The translations under genes were made by a program, and so were the position numbers. The notes beneath the pieces are model-generated. The model did no database searches. It was not told the origin of the DNA and saw only the letters and a program-made list of their open reading frames with translations. A DNA stretch of 63,728 nucleotides, counting the filler, from Reticulomyxa filosa (lineage: Eukaryota > Protista > Foraminifera): NCBI GenBank assembly GCA_000512085.1. It is 19 parts of 19 records of this genome, joined end to end, with 100 filler letters (N's around TTAATTAATTAA, not from the genome) between each part and the next. Parts side by side here need not be neighbours in the genome. Positions count along the whole stretch, not along the records: positions 9,641 to 16,396 come from ASPP01003432.1; positions 16,497 to 21,221 come from ASPP01009733.1; positions 21,322 to 22,839 come from ASPP01012580.1; 16 more parts are not named here. One strand, given 5' to 3'. Positions 10,280-22,342 of the stretch are shown in pieces (positions within the stretch are counted from its first letter, which is position 1; the number at the start of each line of letters is the position of its first letter).

Positions 10280-13087
10280 ATGTCTTACAAAACTTTTGTT
10301 TGCCTTGAAGAAAAGACGCATGAGGTGGCACTTGCTTCTCTAAACTTAAAAAATTTGGAAGAAAGGACCTTAGAGCTGATCAAAATGAATAATAATGGAA
10401 GTGATAAAACAGTAGATTCAATACCCCATTTTAAAATTGTTGACAATAATGGTCAAGACATTGCCAATGATCAACAATTAAAAAATGCATTTGAAACTCC
10501 ACATACTCACTTTTTTGTTCATTCCATTGACAGTTTTACTTCTATTTTCTATAAACATATTTTGTTTATTTGTTTAAATAAAAGAAAAATTGGTTGATAA
10601 AAAAGATAATGACAACGACGAAAAGAAAGATGCAAAAGATGAAAAAAAAGAAGAAAAAGAAAATGAATATTATAAAATAATGAATCCATTGGTATTATTA
10701 ACAGGAGCTGCAAAGTATGAAAACAAAGAATATTTACCTGAAGTAAAAATAGATTTATTAATGCTTCAAAAACTTATTTGAAGCAAGGTATGGATATGAA
10801 GTGCATTGACTTATAATCCAAATAAACCCGAAACAGAAATATTGACATTAAATGGATTTGATGCATTTTTTAATGAGCATTGTCTCAATTTAAATAAAAA
10901 TAATAACATCAATAACAATGATGCATTAATATTTGTATGGTGTGGTCATGGAAGTACAAACAATGAAGAAGATATTTTCATTACTTCAGATGACAAATCC
11001 AAAAATTTCAAAAGTATTCAAGAGTTATTTACTCATAGAACTGATGTATTTTTAAATAAACCAAAAATATTTATTAAAAATGCATATCGAGGAAATGAAT
11101 TATCAAAGTCTATTGAAAGAGGAGAAATTCAAACTCAACAATGGTATAATAAAGAAGCAGACACATTAATAGTATTTCCAACTATAAGTGATAAACAAAT
11201 TTATGAAGGAAGTTATTTTACACAATTTTTTTGTGATAGTATGACACAAAATATTTCATCACCTAAACCATTAGAAGATAATTTGAGTAATGCTTTACAA
11301 TTACTTAGTACAAGTGTAAATGCTAGACAAACTATTGAATCTATTACAACTCTTAATAGACATATATTACTTTATAATAAGACAATTGAATCTGAAAATA
11401 AGTTATGGATCAAAGCAAATAAAGAAGCACATGAAATGGTGAATGAAATGATTAATAACAAACAGCAAGGAATTATTGTTATTGCAATAAATATCGATCA
11501 ATTAGCAAAATCAAATAATCAATTATCCCAACAAAATATCTCTTTCTCAATGATGATTAATTCAAATCAATATATGAAAAAGAAATTAATTATTGGACAA
11601 TATTCTATTTGTTCATTTCATTCCAAAAATATTATATTTGATAATATTACAATTGATGGATGTGTTTATGTTGTTGATTGTATTATTGACACAATTGGAA
11701 ATTGTGATATTACTCAGCAACTTATTCATACTAATGATTCTGTTATTCGTTGTCACTTCAATTCTCCTGTTTTCACTTGTCTTTGGCCTATAGACACAAG
11801 CAAATTAATGCAATTAGGAATAGATTCATTCGATATTCAAAATTTGAATAAAACAATTGAGTTATTTCGTTTTGCACTTTGTGTAGATTGCAAACATTAC
11901 ATGATTATCATGTCGATGTTGCAGAGTCTTATTTGTGGTTAGGCAGAGCATATGACGAGAAAGAAGAATATGATAAATCAATTGAATATTATGAAAAATC
12001 ATTGAAAATTTATTTAGATAAATTGGGACATGATAATACCGATGTTTCTACTTTATACAATAATCTAGGACTTGTTTACTATAACAAAGGAGAATACGAC
12101 AAGTCAATGGAATATCATGAAAAGTCTTTAAAAATTGATTTAGATAAATTGGGACATGATCATCATGATGTTACTGATTCATATCACAATTTGGGATCTG
12201 TTTATAGAGCGAAAGGAGAATATGACAAAGCAATTGAATATTACGAAAAATCATTGAAAATTAAATTAGATAAATTGGGATCTAATCATATTGATATTGC
12301 TTCTTTATACAACGATTTTGGACTTGTTTACAGAGCGAAAGGAGAATATGACAAAGCAATAGAATGTCATGAAAAATCGTTAAAAATTAGATTGGATAAA
12401 TTGGAATCTGATCAGCCTAATATTTCTATTTCATACAACAATTTGGGACTTGTTTATAGAATGAAAGGTGAATATAACAAAGCAATAGAATATCATGAAA
12501 AGTCATTACAAATTAAATTGGATACATTGAGAAATGATCATCCTAGTGTTGCTACTTCATATAATAATTTGGGATATATTTATTACAACAAAGAAGAATA
12601 CGATAAGGCAATGGAATATCACGAAAAATCATTGAAAATTAGATTGAGTAAATTGGGACACGATCATCCTGATATTTCCATTTCATACAATAACTTGGGG
12701 ACTATTTATGGCAAAAAAGGAGAATACGACAAAGCAATGGAATATCATAATAAATCGTTGAAAATAAGATTGAATAAATTGGGATCTGATCATCTTGATG
12801 TTTCCTTTTCATACAAAAATTTGGCATTAGTTTATTGTGGTAAACAAGAATACGACAAAGCAATGGAATTTGGAAAGAAAGCATTGGAGTTGAGATTGAA
12901 AAAATTGGATTCTAATCATCGAGATGTTGGTGTTTCATATGATATTTTAGGGGATATCTATTGTAAAAAAGAAGACAAAATGGAGGCAAAGAAATGTTTT
13001 GAAAGTGCATTGTCAATTTATACGCAAAAATTGGGCAAAGATCATCAAGATACACAAAAAGTAATATCAAAATTGAAAAATTTATAA
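10280..13087 (+). pseudogene. Caspase-like (peptidase C14 fold) + TPR-repeat gene, frameshifted (pseudogene or assembly errors)
   Basis: Intron 10533-10605. Caspase motifs LIFVWCGHG (10941-10952) and KPKIFIKNAYRG (canonical KPKxFxIQACRG). Nine 42-aa TPRs at the C-terminus. Compensating frameshifts near 10772-10806 and a further frameshift near 11884. Confidence 0.8.
11909..13042 (+). repeat. Nine tandem 126-bp / 42-aa TPR coding repeats (kinesin-light-chain / TPR_12 type)
   Basis: Unit consensus HxDxxxSYNNLGxxYxxKGEYDKAxEYHEKSLKIxLxKLGxD is repeated nine times. Confidence 0.95.
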
Positions 13088-13368
13088 AAAATGAATTTAG
13101 ATTTAAATTTGAAATATATTATACTGTTTGTTTTAGTTGTTGGATAGTTGGCTATACAAGAATGTTCAAATTTTTTAGCATAGCTTGTTAATAAAATGCA
13201 AATTAATAAATATTACAGTTGATAAGTTTTTGACAATTGGCATTTTCTTTGTTTCGCTGTCAATTACATTTTAATGCAAAAAATCATTAAGAGTTTACTA
13301 TAAAGAGTGTTTAAAATATGTCACGTTGCTTGATGGTGAGGTTTAAGTAATTCTTTGGAAAAACGATA

Positions 13369-13481
13369 CTATCCCCAAATACGAATAGAACCACTTCCTG
13401 AACCACAACACAGATGAATACCACAACCATTATTGCTTTTGATTTTCTTTTTTAATTGTAGAAATTTAAAACACATTATTT
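13369..13481 (-). pseudogene. Isolated C-terminal fragment of the expanded WD40 family
   Basis: Translates as EIMCFKFLQLKKKIKSNNGCGIHLCCGSGSGSIRIWG*, matching the C-termini of the WD40 genes ending at 41550 and 56892. The upstream repeats are absent. Confidence 0.75.
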
Positions 13482-14024
13482 CTGCCATGTAAGCAAATTA
13501 ACTAGGAATTAATATCAAATGAAGCATAGAGATCTTCAAAGCAATGTCTATTGCATCAAGAGATAGAATGACAAGATTGATTTTTAAAATACATTCAATA
13601 CATGCAAAAAAAATTATGGATTTCAACTAATTCGAAGAGAAGTACAAATCCTGCTAATTGTTTCTACAAAATGTGCATTAATTTATTCACAATCATTAGT
13701 CTATCAAGACAACATATTGAAGACACAATATTCTTAATTGTGTCAGCGACATATTAAAACAATCATTGACAGTACTGACGACGATATAATACGACATTGT
13801 ACAGTATTCAACTCGATAGTGATTCACATATACTGAGTTATAAATAATATGCTAAAATAATGTAATGGCCAATTCGATATAATCACAAAGCTTACACATA
13901 AATCACATCTGTACTATCAATATTTTATTGAAAAATTTCATTTTATTTTATTACTATTACGAAATAAAACCAAAATCAAAATCAAAACATATTTAAAGAT
14001 GGCAGAAATTTTAATTGTGCTTCT

Positions 14025-15254
14025 TCAAACTTGATTTCTTCTATTGTATTTTATAATAATTTGATCAAAATCATCAATCCATCCTAATTTTATCTTTAAA
14101 GTTCGAACCCAATGTTGAATAATAAATTTTATTTCTTTTTTTGACTGTTCATTATTTGTCAATCGGTTTCATACAATCAAAATGTATTTATGTTTCATCA
14201 AAATTAATAAATAATAAATAAACAAATCATTACCAACAGTGAAGGATCCCATACTTTCACATTAGTCTTCATGTGGGTCGCTACTGTTATATTTGTACCA
14301 TCTATTCCTCCAATGATATGTATATGATTGTCTTCTTCACTCAATATTGCAGCACAATGAAATAATGGACTGGATAAAGTGTTTTCAAATATCATCCATT
14401 ATTTCTTGAATCGAATACTTGTGTACTGATTTTGAAACACGGAGTTCATCATCCCAACTACATCCACCAAAGAACAAGATAACATCATTGATACATACAT
14501 ATGCATATGCATAGAATGTTGCAATATTGTTACAAACATGTAGTTGACGAAATTGGAAAATGTTGTTATCTTTATCATATGTAATTGATAATCCTGTCTT
14601 GTCACAAAACAACAGCATTTGATAATTTTGTTTATTTGTTTTCATTTCTTGTCCTTGTACATTTTCCAAATTTAATACAAAGCAATGATAACATATATCG
14701 TCATTAGTTGGTAAAGTATCATGTTTAATAAATTGAAATGTATTTAAATCAAACACACTAATATTATTATTTCTATAAGTGATAAACAACAAATGATTGT
14801 TGCTACCACCAATCACTGCACGTACTCCTCTATAATCATCACCATCTCTTCCAATGATAATTGGATGATTTTGATTGTCTGTGAAAGGAGTCCATTTATT
14901 GTAATTGTTGAACTCATTTGATTTGTTTGATATATTATCCCAAACACTTACATATTCCATCATCAATGTGTGTTTATTTTGTCCAACCCAAGATGATCCA
15001 AAAGACAATAAAGTGATTTTATTAGTGTGTTTGTTGTTGTTTTCTACTAGTTGCACTACACAGTGTCCATTTAATTCAACAATACTTGGATACTCACAGA
15101 TAAACTTGTATTCATTTTTGAGTATATTATAAGAATAGCAAGCTTTTTGTTCAGTATCTCCACAAATGAGGATTTCGTGTTTGTATAGCACATTTTGAGA
15201 TCCATCAAGTGGGATGGGCAACTCCTTCAAATTTTGAAAAGCTTGGTTACTCAT
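14025..15254 (-). CDS. Kelch-like beta-propeller protein of an expanded family, with one frameshift (~14400) and a terminal 39-aa exon
   Basis: Kelch-type GG motifs (LLSFG, VIGG, ILFFGG, HIIGG). The frameshift lies in A-runs (gaaataatgg for expected ENKW). Phase-0 intron 14145-14233. The last exon 14144-14025 reads SKKEIKFIIQHWVRTLKIKLGWIDDFDQIIIKYNRRNQV*. Confidence 0.8.
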
Positions 15255-16496
15255 GTTGTGAATGTTGAGGAACTATGAAGTAGTTTAGATTTTTTTAAAA
15301 AGGGAAAGCACATGAAAAAAGTCATTCTAAAAGTTAAAAAAAAGTACATGGCTTGGCTAGAAAAACAAAATTATAATTTTCTTTAAATTACAATATTGAC
15401 AAGACTATTATGAAAGTACAGGATGTTTTAAATACTATAAAAAAGTCTTTGAAAATTGAAATTTAACTGTTTGTTATATATTTTTGAGATATATAAGTTC
15501 ACAAAGAAAAAAACACCACAAAAGTGTGTTGATGAGAAATGTGAATGTCTTATCTTTAAAAATTAAATCTTTCAAACAAAAACATTGCTATTTTGATATT
15601 TACAGTAACTCTTTAAGAAAGAAGAACAAGTAAAAGTTTTTGTATTCCTGCATTTGTATACAACATTATTTTTTAATTACAAGTTTAACAAATGTAATTT
15701 CAGCAACTGCCCTTTTTAAAAAAATTTGATACTATAAATTGCAATTCCGGTTTAATTGACTATTACATCTTCTAGCTTTGTCCCTTTATTCGATTGTAAA
15801 GTCATATTTAAATCATACAAATATTAATAATTCACGCTGTTTTACTTTTGAATATTTGCAATGATCATGTTGTTTTATTTCAAGTATGTGTGCAAACACA
15901 CTTTTGATCAATTGACAGCATCGTTTTTGCAAAATAATGCAAAATTTGTTTCCCTCAAAAAAAAACTTGTGAAAACTTTTTTCGGAGCTGACAAGGTTAT
16001 TTATGTTTTTAAATTCTGTTCACATGGAACACTCCAAATTCTGGCAAATTGATAACTCTTGCAAATAAAGTCATTGTGTATGAACAGAATAATTTATTTC
16101 TAAGTATATATTGCCGCCTTTAGTGAGACTGCTCTAAAGTGGATAATAATGACTTTAAAACAATTGTAATATAAACCAAGGAATCGCAAACTGTTGTATA
16201 CTCTGCGTTTCCAAAAATACCCCTTTTATTCATTGTTTTTTGACTTTATAGTTCATTTATGAGTCAAAAAATTATTTTCATATTTTCTTCATGTTTGTGC
16301 ATTTAAGTATATCATCTCAAAGTCTATATTTGCGAACAGAGTTTTTGTGAGATGATAGAATGTTTTAAATATTTTTTGATTGGTCGATGCAAAATTNNNN
16401 NNNNNNNNNNNNNNNNNNNNNNNNNNNNNNNNNNNNNNNNTTAATTAATTAANNNNNNNNNNNNNNNNNNNNNNNNNNNNNNNNNNNNNNNNNNNN

Positions 16497-18050
16497 ATTT
16501 GGACAAAGAACATACCATGATAACAAACCAAAAAATATTGTAGGGTCAATTATAGATTACGCGATAATTAGTAGACATGAACTCTGAGGAGAAGCAAACA
16601 AACCAAGAATGAAAATACTGAAAGCATACACTGGTTCGGATCATTACCCGATTAAGCTAACAGTATGGCTAGATTGAAAGAGGAAGCTGATAAGAACATA
16701 ATTGAACAGGAAAAAGAGACAATATCAAAGGTGAAAATAACGACAAGGAATGATGAAATTAATAAAATAATTCCCATTCTTAAACCACGGTTAGAAAAGA
16801 TGATACAAGAATGTGCAAAATACCACTGGGGAGCAGACTATGTATACGATAAGTGGCTGTGGAATTTATATGAAGTACTAAGTATAACAAGGTCGATAAA
16901 AAACAAGATAAAAGGACATGAGGGTGAGGGTGATGAAAAAGTAAATGGATACATACAATCTATCAATGCATGTCTAGAACTCAGTAACGATAACAGGCTA
17001 TTGGGTACGCTGATAAATGAATATAAAAAATACGTCGAAAAATTAACTGACGAAAAAAGAAAAACAACGATAAAAAATCTACAATGTGCATATGACAATA
17101 AAGAGGAAAAAATATTCTACGAAAAAATTCAGAAATTAAATCCAGTCAAGAGGGTAATAATACAAGACGACAATGGAAAGGCGGTAAAGTCGGAAAGTGA
17201 AGTATGCAGGATGTTAGCAAGGCAATATCGAGAATTATTATCCCAGGAAGGAGGAAATGACAATAACAGTGATAGAGAAATTAAGAAAACAGTCGAAAAG
17301 ATAATCGAAGAAGCCCACCTAAATTTCGATAGCAGACTAGATGGTGACTTTTTGATAGATGAATTAAATGCAGTTGCAAAAGAGATACCGAAAGATAGAG
17401 CCACTTTCCTAGATGCAATCCTAAACGAATTAGTAGTTGAATTAATAATGGGAATGCCGGAACAAATAATGAGACTGTATAATGTAGTATGTCATCAATC
17501 GACAATACCACAAAGGATGCTGGCATCGAGGATGACAACGTTGCCAAAAAAAAGACGTGTTTGCAAATGTAATGATACAAGAGGGATTATAATTAAATCG
17601 GCCTTCTTATCAGTAGTGGATAGGATAATTCTAGCAAGGCTGGAACCAAAACTATAAGAAATGTACTTTGAATAGCAAGCAGGCTTCAGAAAAAACAGGA
17701 GTGTAGATGATCATTTGATAACGCTAAGAATAATGTTGCATTACTCAAAATTTGTGGTAAGGAAACAGTGTATTCTTGCGATATACGACCTACAGAAAGA
17801 ATTTGATACGTATGGCATGATGGACTGATATATAAATTGTATAAATACGGTATAAAGGTAAATTATTAAAATTGATTTGGAATTTGACAACGAAAAGCAA
17901 TCTAATAGTAACTACGAGAAATGGGGAGCTCCATCATTTGCAATTACCAGAGGACAGGCCAGTGATACTCGTTGAGCGGTCCAATATTCAACGTATAAAT
18001 CAATGATGTAATATAATATGTCAGAATGTGCGCACAAATCAAAAATAACA
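16497..18050 (+). mobile_element. Degenerate non-LTR retrotransposon (LINE) ORF2 fragment: end of APE endonuclease + RT N-terminal half
   Basis: IDYA...GSDHYPI (APE end); TLPKK...NDTRGI...RIILARL; QAGFRKNRSVDDHL; YDLQKEFDT/VWHDGLIYKL (RT motifs). Multiple stops and frameshifts. Confidence 0.85.
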
Positions 18051-21000
18051 CCGTTATCGAATAACAAGCTCAAATCAAAGCTGACACATGACAACAATAA
18101 AAGCTAAGGTGAAACACTAGCTGACACATGACATGAAATGACAAAGCTGATTCATGCCGAACAAACTAAAGTAAACAACAAAGTTTATCATTGCCGAAAC
18201 AAACTAAGAAAGAGCTAATATTCCACACGAGTGTAACACATCATTACAATTAATTTTAAGTAATATTTATACTGCCATGATATTTATATTGAATGTCGTG
18301 CCAATAAAATTGACATATTTTTCATTTTCATACAGCTATCTCAATTTACGTTTTATGGTATTCATGTGCAAATACTTGCTTTCATTTGACAGCACATTAT
18401 TGAAAAATGTCTGATCCGCAATATTCGATTTACCATCTTGTTTGTACTATCCATTTCATTAATATCAAATTTATTTTCATATCATATTTGTCTTGGTCAT
18501 TGGTTTGTTGCTTTTGGTATGCTGGTTGTTGTCTAATTAATTATTATTAAAAAAAAAAAAACAAGTTTTCAATTTCCTAAAATACAAAAATCGTTAAGTT
18601 TTTTCAATTCAAATAATGCATTAATAACAATATGAAAATAATTTCTTTTTTTATTAGGTACATTTTAACACTATATTATCAATTTTTGTATTTATATTAC
18701 TCTTCAACATACTAGTGTAGTTTCTTTCTTATATTAAAAAGTGTTTGTCTAACATTTGAACTTCACTGAACTACTTTGTTCATCATCAAAGTTTCTTGTT
18801 TGACTAAATATTTCTTTATTATTTGTTCAATAAGTTTGATATAAACATCAACTTGATATAATTAGTAATATTAGTATATTGATATGTTAGAAAACATATT
18901 ATTTAATTGTATTTCATGTTACGTATTTGCTGCATAAATAATTTGACAATTTTAATTGTCAAACGCATAAGTCATTATACTAGTTGTATACAGATCCTTA
19001 AAAAAACTTTTATGTTAATAGATTTTACTATTGGTAAAAACTCAGGATTCAGATAATATATACACATAGTTTTTTATTTAAAAAAATAGTTATATTGCTA
19101 GTGTATAATTTGTAGAATACTTCAAATTATTTTTAGATAAAAAGTGAAATTAATTATTCATAAAGTTTAAGAAAAAAAACTTGATATAAAACAAACAATG
19201 TAAATATTCACTTTTTTATCTAAAGAAAACGCAAATTGTATTAATTGGCAAATTCTTTAATCACGATAAACTACTACATATTAAATTATCCAAATTCAAC
19301 AATTTGCAAATGATTGCAACATTTCTATTTAAACTTTATGTATAATTAATTTCACTTTTATATATCATAGATTTTAATATTTCAAAAATAATATATTCTT
19401 GGTTGTTCAAATTTAGTTTTCTGCAAATAATAAAGAAAAAATTTAATTATATATACATAAAAAAATTGATTTTAAGGATTAGTACATAATAGTATACCTG
19501 GATCCTGAATTTTATTTATCACAATGACATTATATACAAATTGTTATGACTACAAGTCATAATCGTAATTAATATAAAAAAAAAAATCAAGCATAGTTTA
19601 TAATAAGATTTTGCATATTTGAAATTTTGTATAATCATAGTAAAATATTATATTATACAATATAATGTAAAAGAAGTTGACTAAAATTGCATTTTATAAA
19701 AATAGCAATTTTTTCCATTAAGAAGCAATATATAACAGATTCATTAATCAAAAATTGAAAGAAACATTAAAAGTAATGAAAATTGATAAAACTGAACGAT
19801 TCATTCATACAAGTAATGACAAATATCAAACGAAAACAATAAATTTTAAGTTTGATCCAATATGTATTTTCTTTTTTTAACCAGATCGATTCAATACGTT
19901 GTGATTCACTCGGATTTTGCTTTTGAATTGAATTTTGTGCGAGTTGTTAAAATAGTAAGTTGTTTTTCTGTGAAATTATTCGATTAGCAAATATAACATA
20001 TATTGAACTACAAATTTCACACGCTTTGATTGATCTAAATCAACATGATAATAATCAAAGTAACATTTATAACGAAATACAAATTGAAAATCAATTTAGC
20101 ATAAAAATAGAAATTGCATTTTAACTACTAAATCATTCCAAATACAATCTCAAATCAAAGAAAATTTCTATGTTGAAGTTAAATAGAAAAAAACCAAAAA
20201 ATTTTAATCACCAATTGCAATAAAACAAAATTACACAATATTTGTTTTGAATCATTTGTTGCATTGACCACATTCAAATTTTTTCTCTACATTATGAATA
20301 TAAATGTATCTTTAAAGAAAAAAAAATTAACTTTACTGCAATACGTACACAAATATGCATCATTGGTTTGATTACGTTTTAGATAATAATATATTTTCTT
20401 TTACATTCATTAAACATAAATACATGCAAAATATCTATTTAGTCATTGTTTTTATATTGATATTGTAGCCATCGTTCAACTCAAGAAAATTGTCTTTGAC
20501 ATATTCCAATTCGGATTTTTGTTCATATTTGAAAATTATATACTTTGTTCATTTTCTGTTTTTTTCAAATTTTTTCAATATATGGTATAATGTGACTTTG
20601 GAATCTTACTGTTTGCTTTTTTTTAAATAGAATTGAAAAAAAACCACTTAAAATAATATTGATGTGATTTACAGACTAATTGGCATCTTAGCATAAATCG
20701 CAGCAGCTACGTTATCTTTTTTTCTTTTGCATTACATTTATACTTAACTATGAATTTATGATTGTTTTTTAAAAATAATATAATAAAAATATCTAGAGTT
20801 AATAGATTTTTTTTTTGACCATTCTAAAATGACTGTGTGCATGTTTGTTAATGTGACTTATTGCCAGTATTCAAATACCACTGCATCACTAATTATCCAT
20901 TTCATCCTGTTGGTGTCCGGCCACAACGACAAAAAATAGCTCACTCTTCAATTAAAAAACACCTGTGTTATGTCGAACAAATGTCTGCAAAAATAAATGC

Positions 21001-21321
21001 TAATGTGATGTGACCACGTAACGATTATTAATCAAAAACAAATGCGTAAGTGCAAGATGCATTAAAAAAACTCTCTATTATATTTGTAGCAGACTCCTGC
21101 TTAAATTGTTACAAAACCACACATTCATAACACAATCTTGCTTTTATCACAGTCAAAAAATTCATTTTTTATGTTTTATAATACAGTAAGATAAAAAAGA
21201 AAGTTGACACATAAAATGCCANNNNNNNNNNNNNNNNNNNNNNNNNNNNNNNNNNNNNNNNNNNNTTAATTAATTAANNNNNNNNNNNNNNNNNNNNNNN
21301 NNNNNNNNNNNNNNNNNNNNN

Positions 21322-22040
21322 AGTTGTTACGGATGTTATTGGAGAACACAGTAGCCAGCTTGCAGCCCAGCACGTCGAACACGTTGGCCGCAGTGGCGGT
21401 ATCGGCCGCTTCCAGTACCACTGCGGTGCAGGCGTCGCCGAAGATGAAGTGGCTATCGCGGTCGCGGAAGTTCAGGTGGGCGGAGCAGATTTCCGGGTTC
21501 ACCATCAGCACCGCGCGCGCCTGACCGGCGGCGATGGCGTTGACGGCGGTCTGGATGCCGAAGGTCGCCGACGAGCAGGCCACGTTCATGTCGAAGGCGT
21601 AGCCATTGATACCCAGTGCCTGCTGCACTTCGATGGACACTGCCGGGTACGGGCGCTGCATATTGGAGCAGGCCACAATCACCATATCGATATCGGCAGC
21701 GCACTTGCCGGCGTTGGCCAGCGCGTCGCGGGCGGCGGCCACAGCCATCTCGGCCTGGATCGACAGCTCGTCGTTGCTGCGCTCCGGCAGGACGCGTCAT
21801 GCGTGCCGGGTCCAGCACGCCATCAGCGTTCATCAGGTAGCGCTGCTTGATACCGGACGCCTTTTCGATGAACTCGGCGCTGGACTCGGCCAGGGCCGCG
21901 ATGTCACCACGGGCGATGGCGTCCTGGTTGGCCGCGTTGAATGCGTTTACGTAACTATTGAAAGCGACTACCAGCGCTTCGTTGCTCACCGCATGCGGCG
22001 GCGTGAACAGGCCGGTACCACTGATCACCACGTCTTTCAT
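21322..22040 (-). CDS. Bacterial beta-ketoacyl-ACP synthase III (FabH-like), 3'-truncated, frameshift ~21793
   Basis: [33 protein letters not shown] (catalytic Cys), [13 protein letters not shown]-rich and intronless. The two ORFs join via an indel at RMT/VLPER. Confidence 0.9.
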
Positions 22041-22279
22041 GGCTTCATCCTTCCTCTGGGCAGAGGGCCTGCCCGCAATTCAAACAAGTGTTTGCGCGAA
22101 TCATACACCAAGCCACCGGCGCTTCGGGCATTTTGCCTGCCACGCCGAGCGCCGCCAAGGCAAAAAACCCTGTCAAACTAGGTAAATACGGGTAAAATAC
22201 TCGACCTTTCTGTTTGACCTTTTGGCACCTTCCGCGTGCCTGCCACTCCCCTGCCCTGCGCCGTGAACTTCCGCCTGCA

Positions 22280-22314
22280 ATACTTGACCAAATTACTCGG
22301 GATTGAGTTATAAT
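22280..22314 (+). promoter_or_regulatory. Type-1 IscR operator overlapping a sigma70 promoter of iscR
   Basis: ATACTTGACCAAATTACTCGGGATT (22280-22304) closely resembles the type-1 IscR site upstream of E. coli iscR as I recall it. TTGACC at 22284 and TATAAT at 22309 (19-nt spacing). GGGAG RBS precedes ATG 22343. Confidence 0.7.
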
Positions 22315-22342
22315 CCGGTCAACCACCCAGGGAGCCCACACG

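Noticed and set aside
11909-13042. 126-bp periodic repeat as a CRISPR array or DGR template/variable repeat
   Set aside because: The repeats are in-frame TPR codons with no unique spacers, no cas genes and no adenine-specific variation. The only RT nearby is a dead LINE on another contig.
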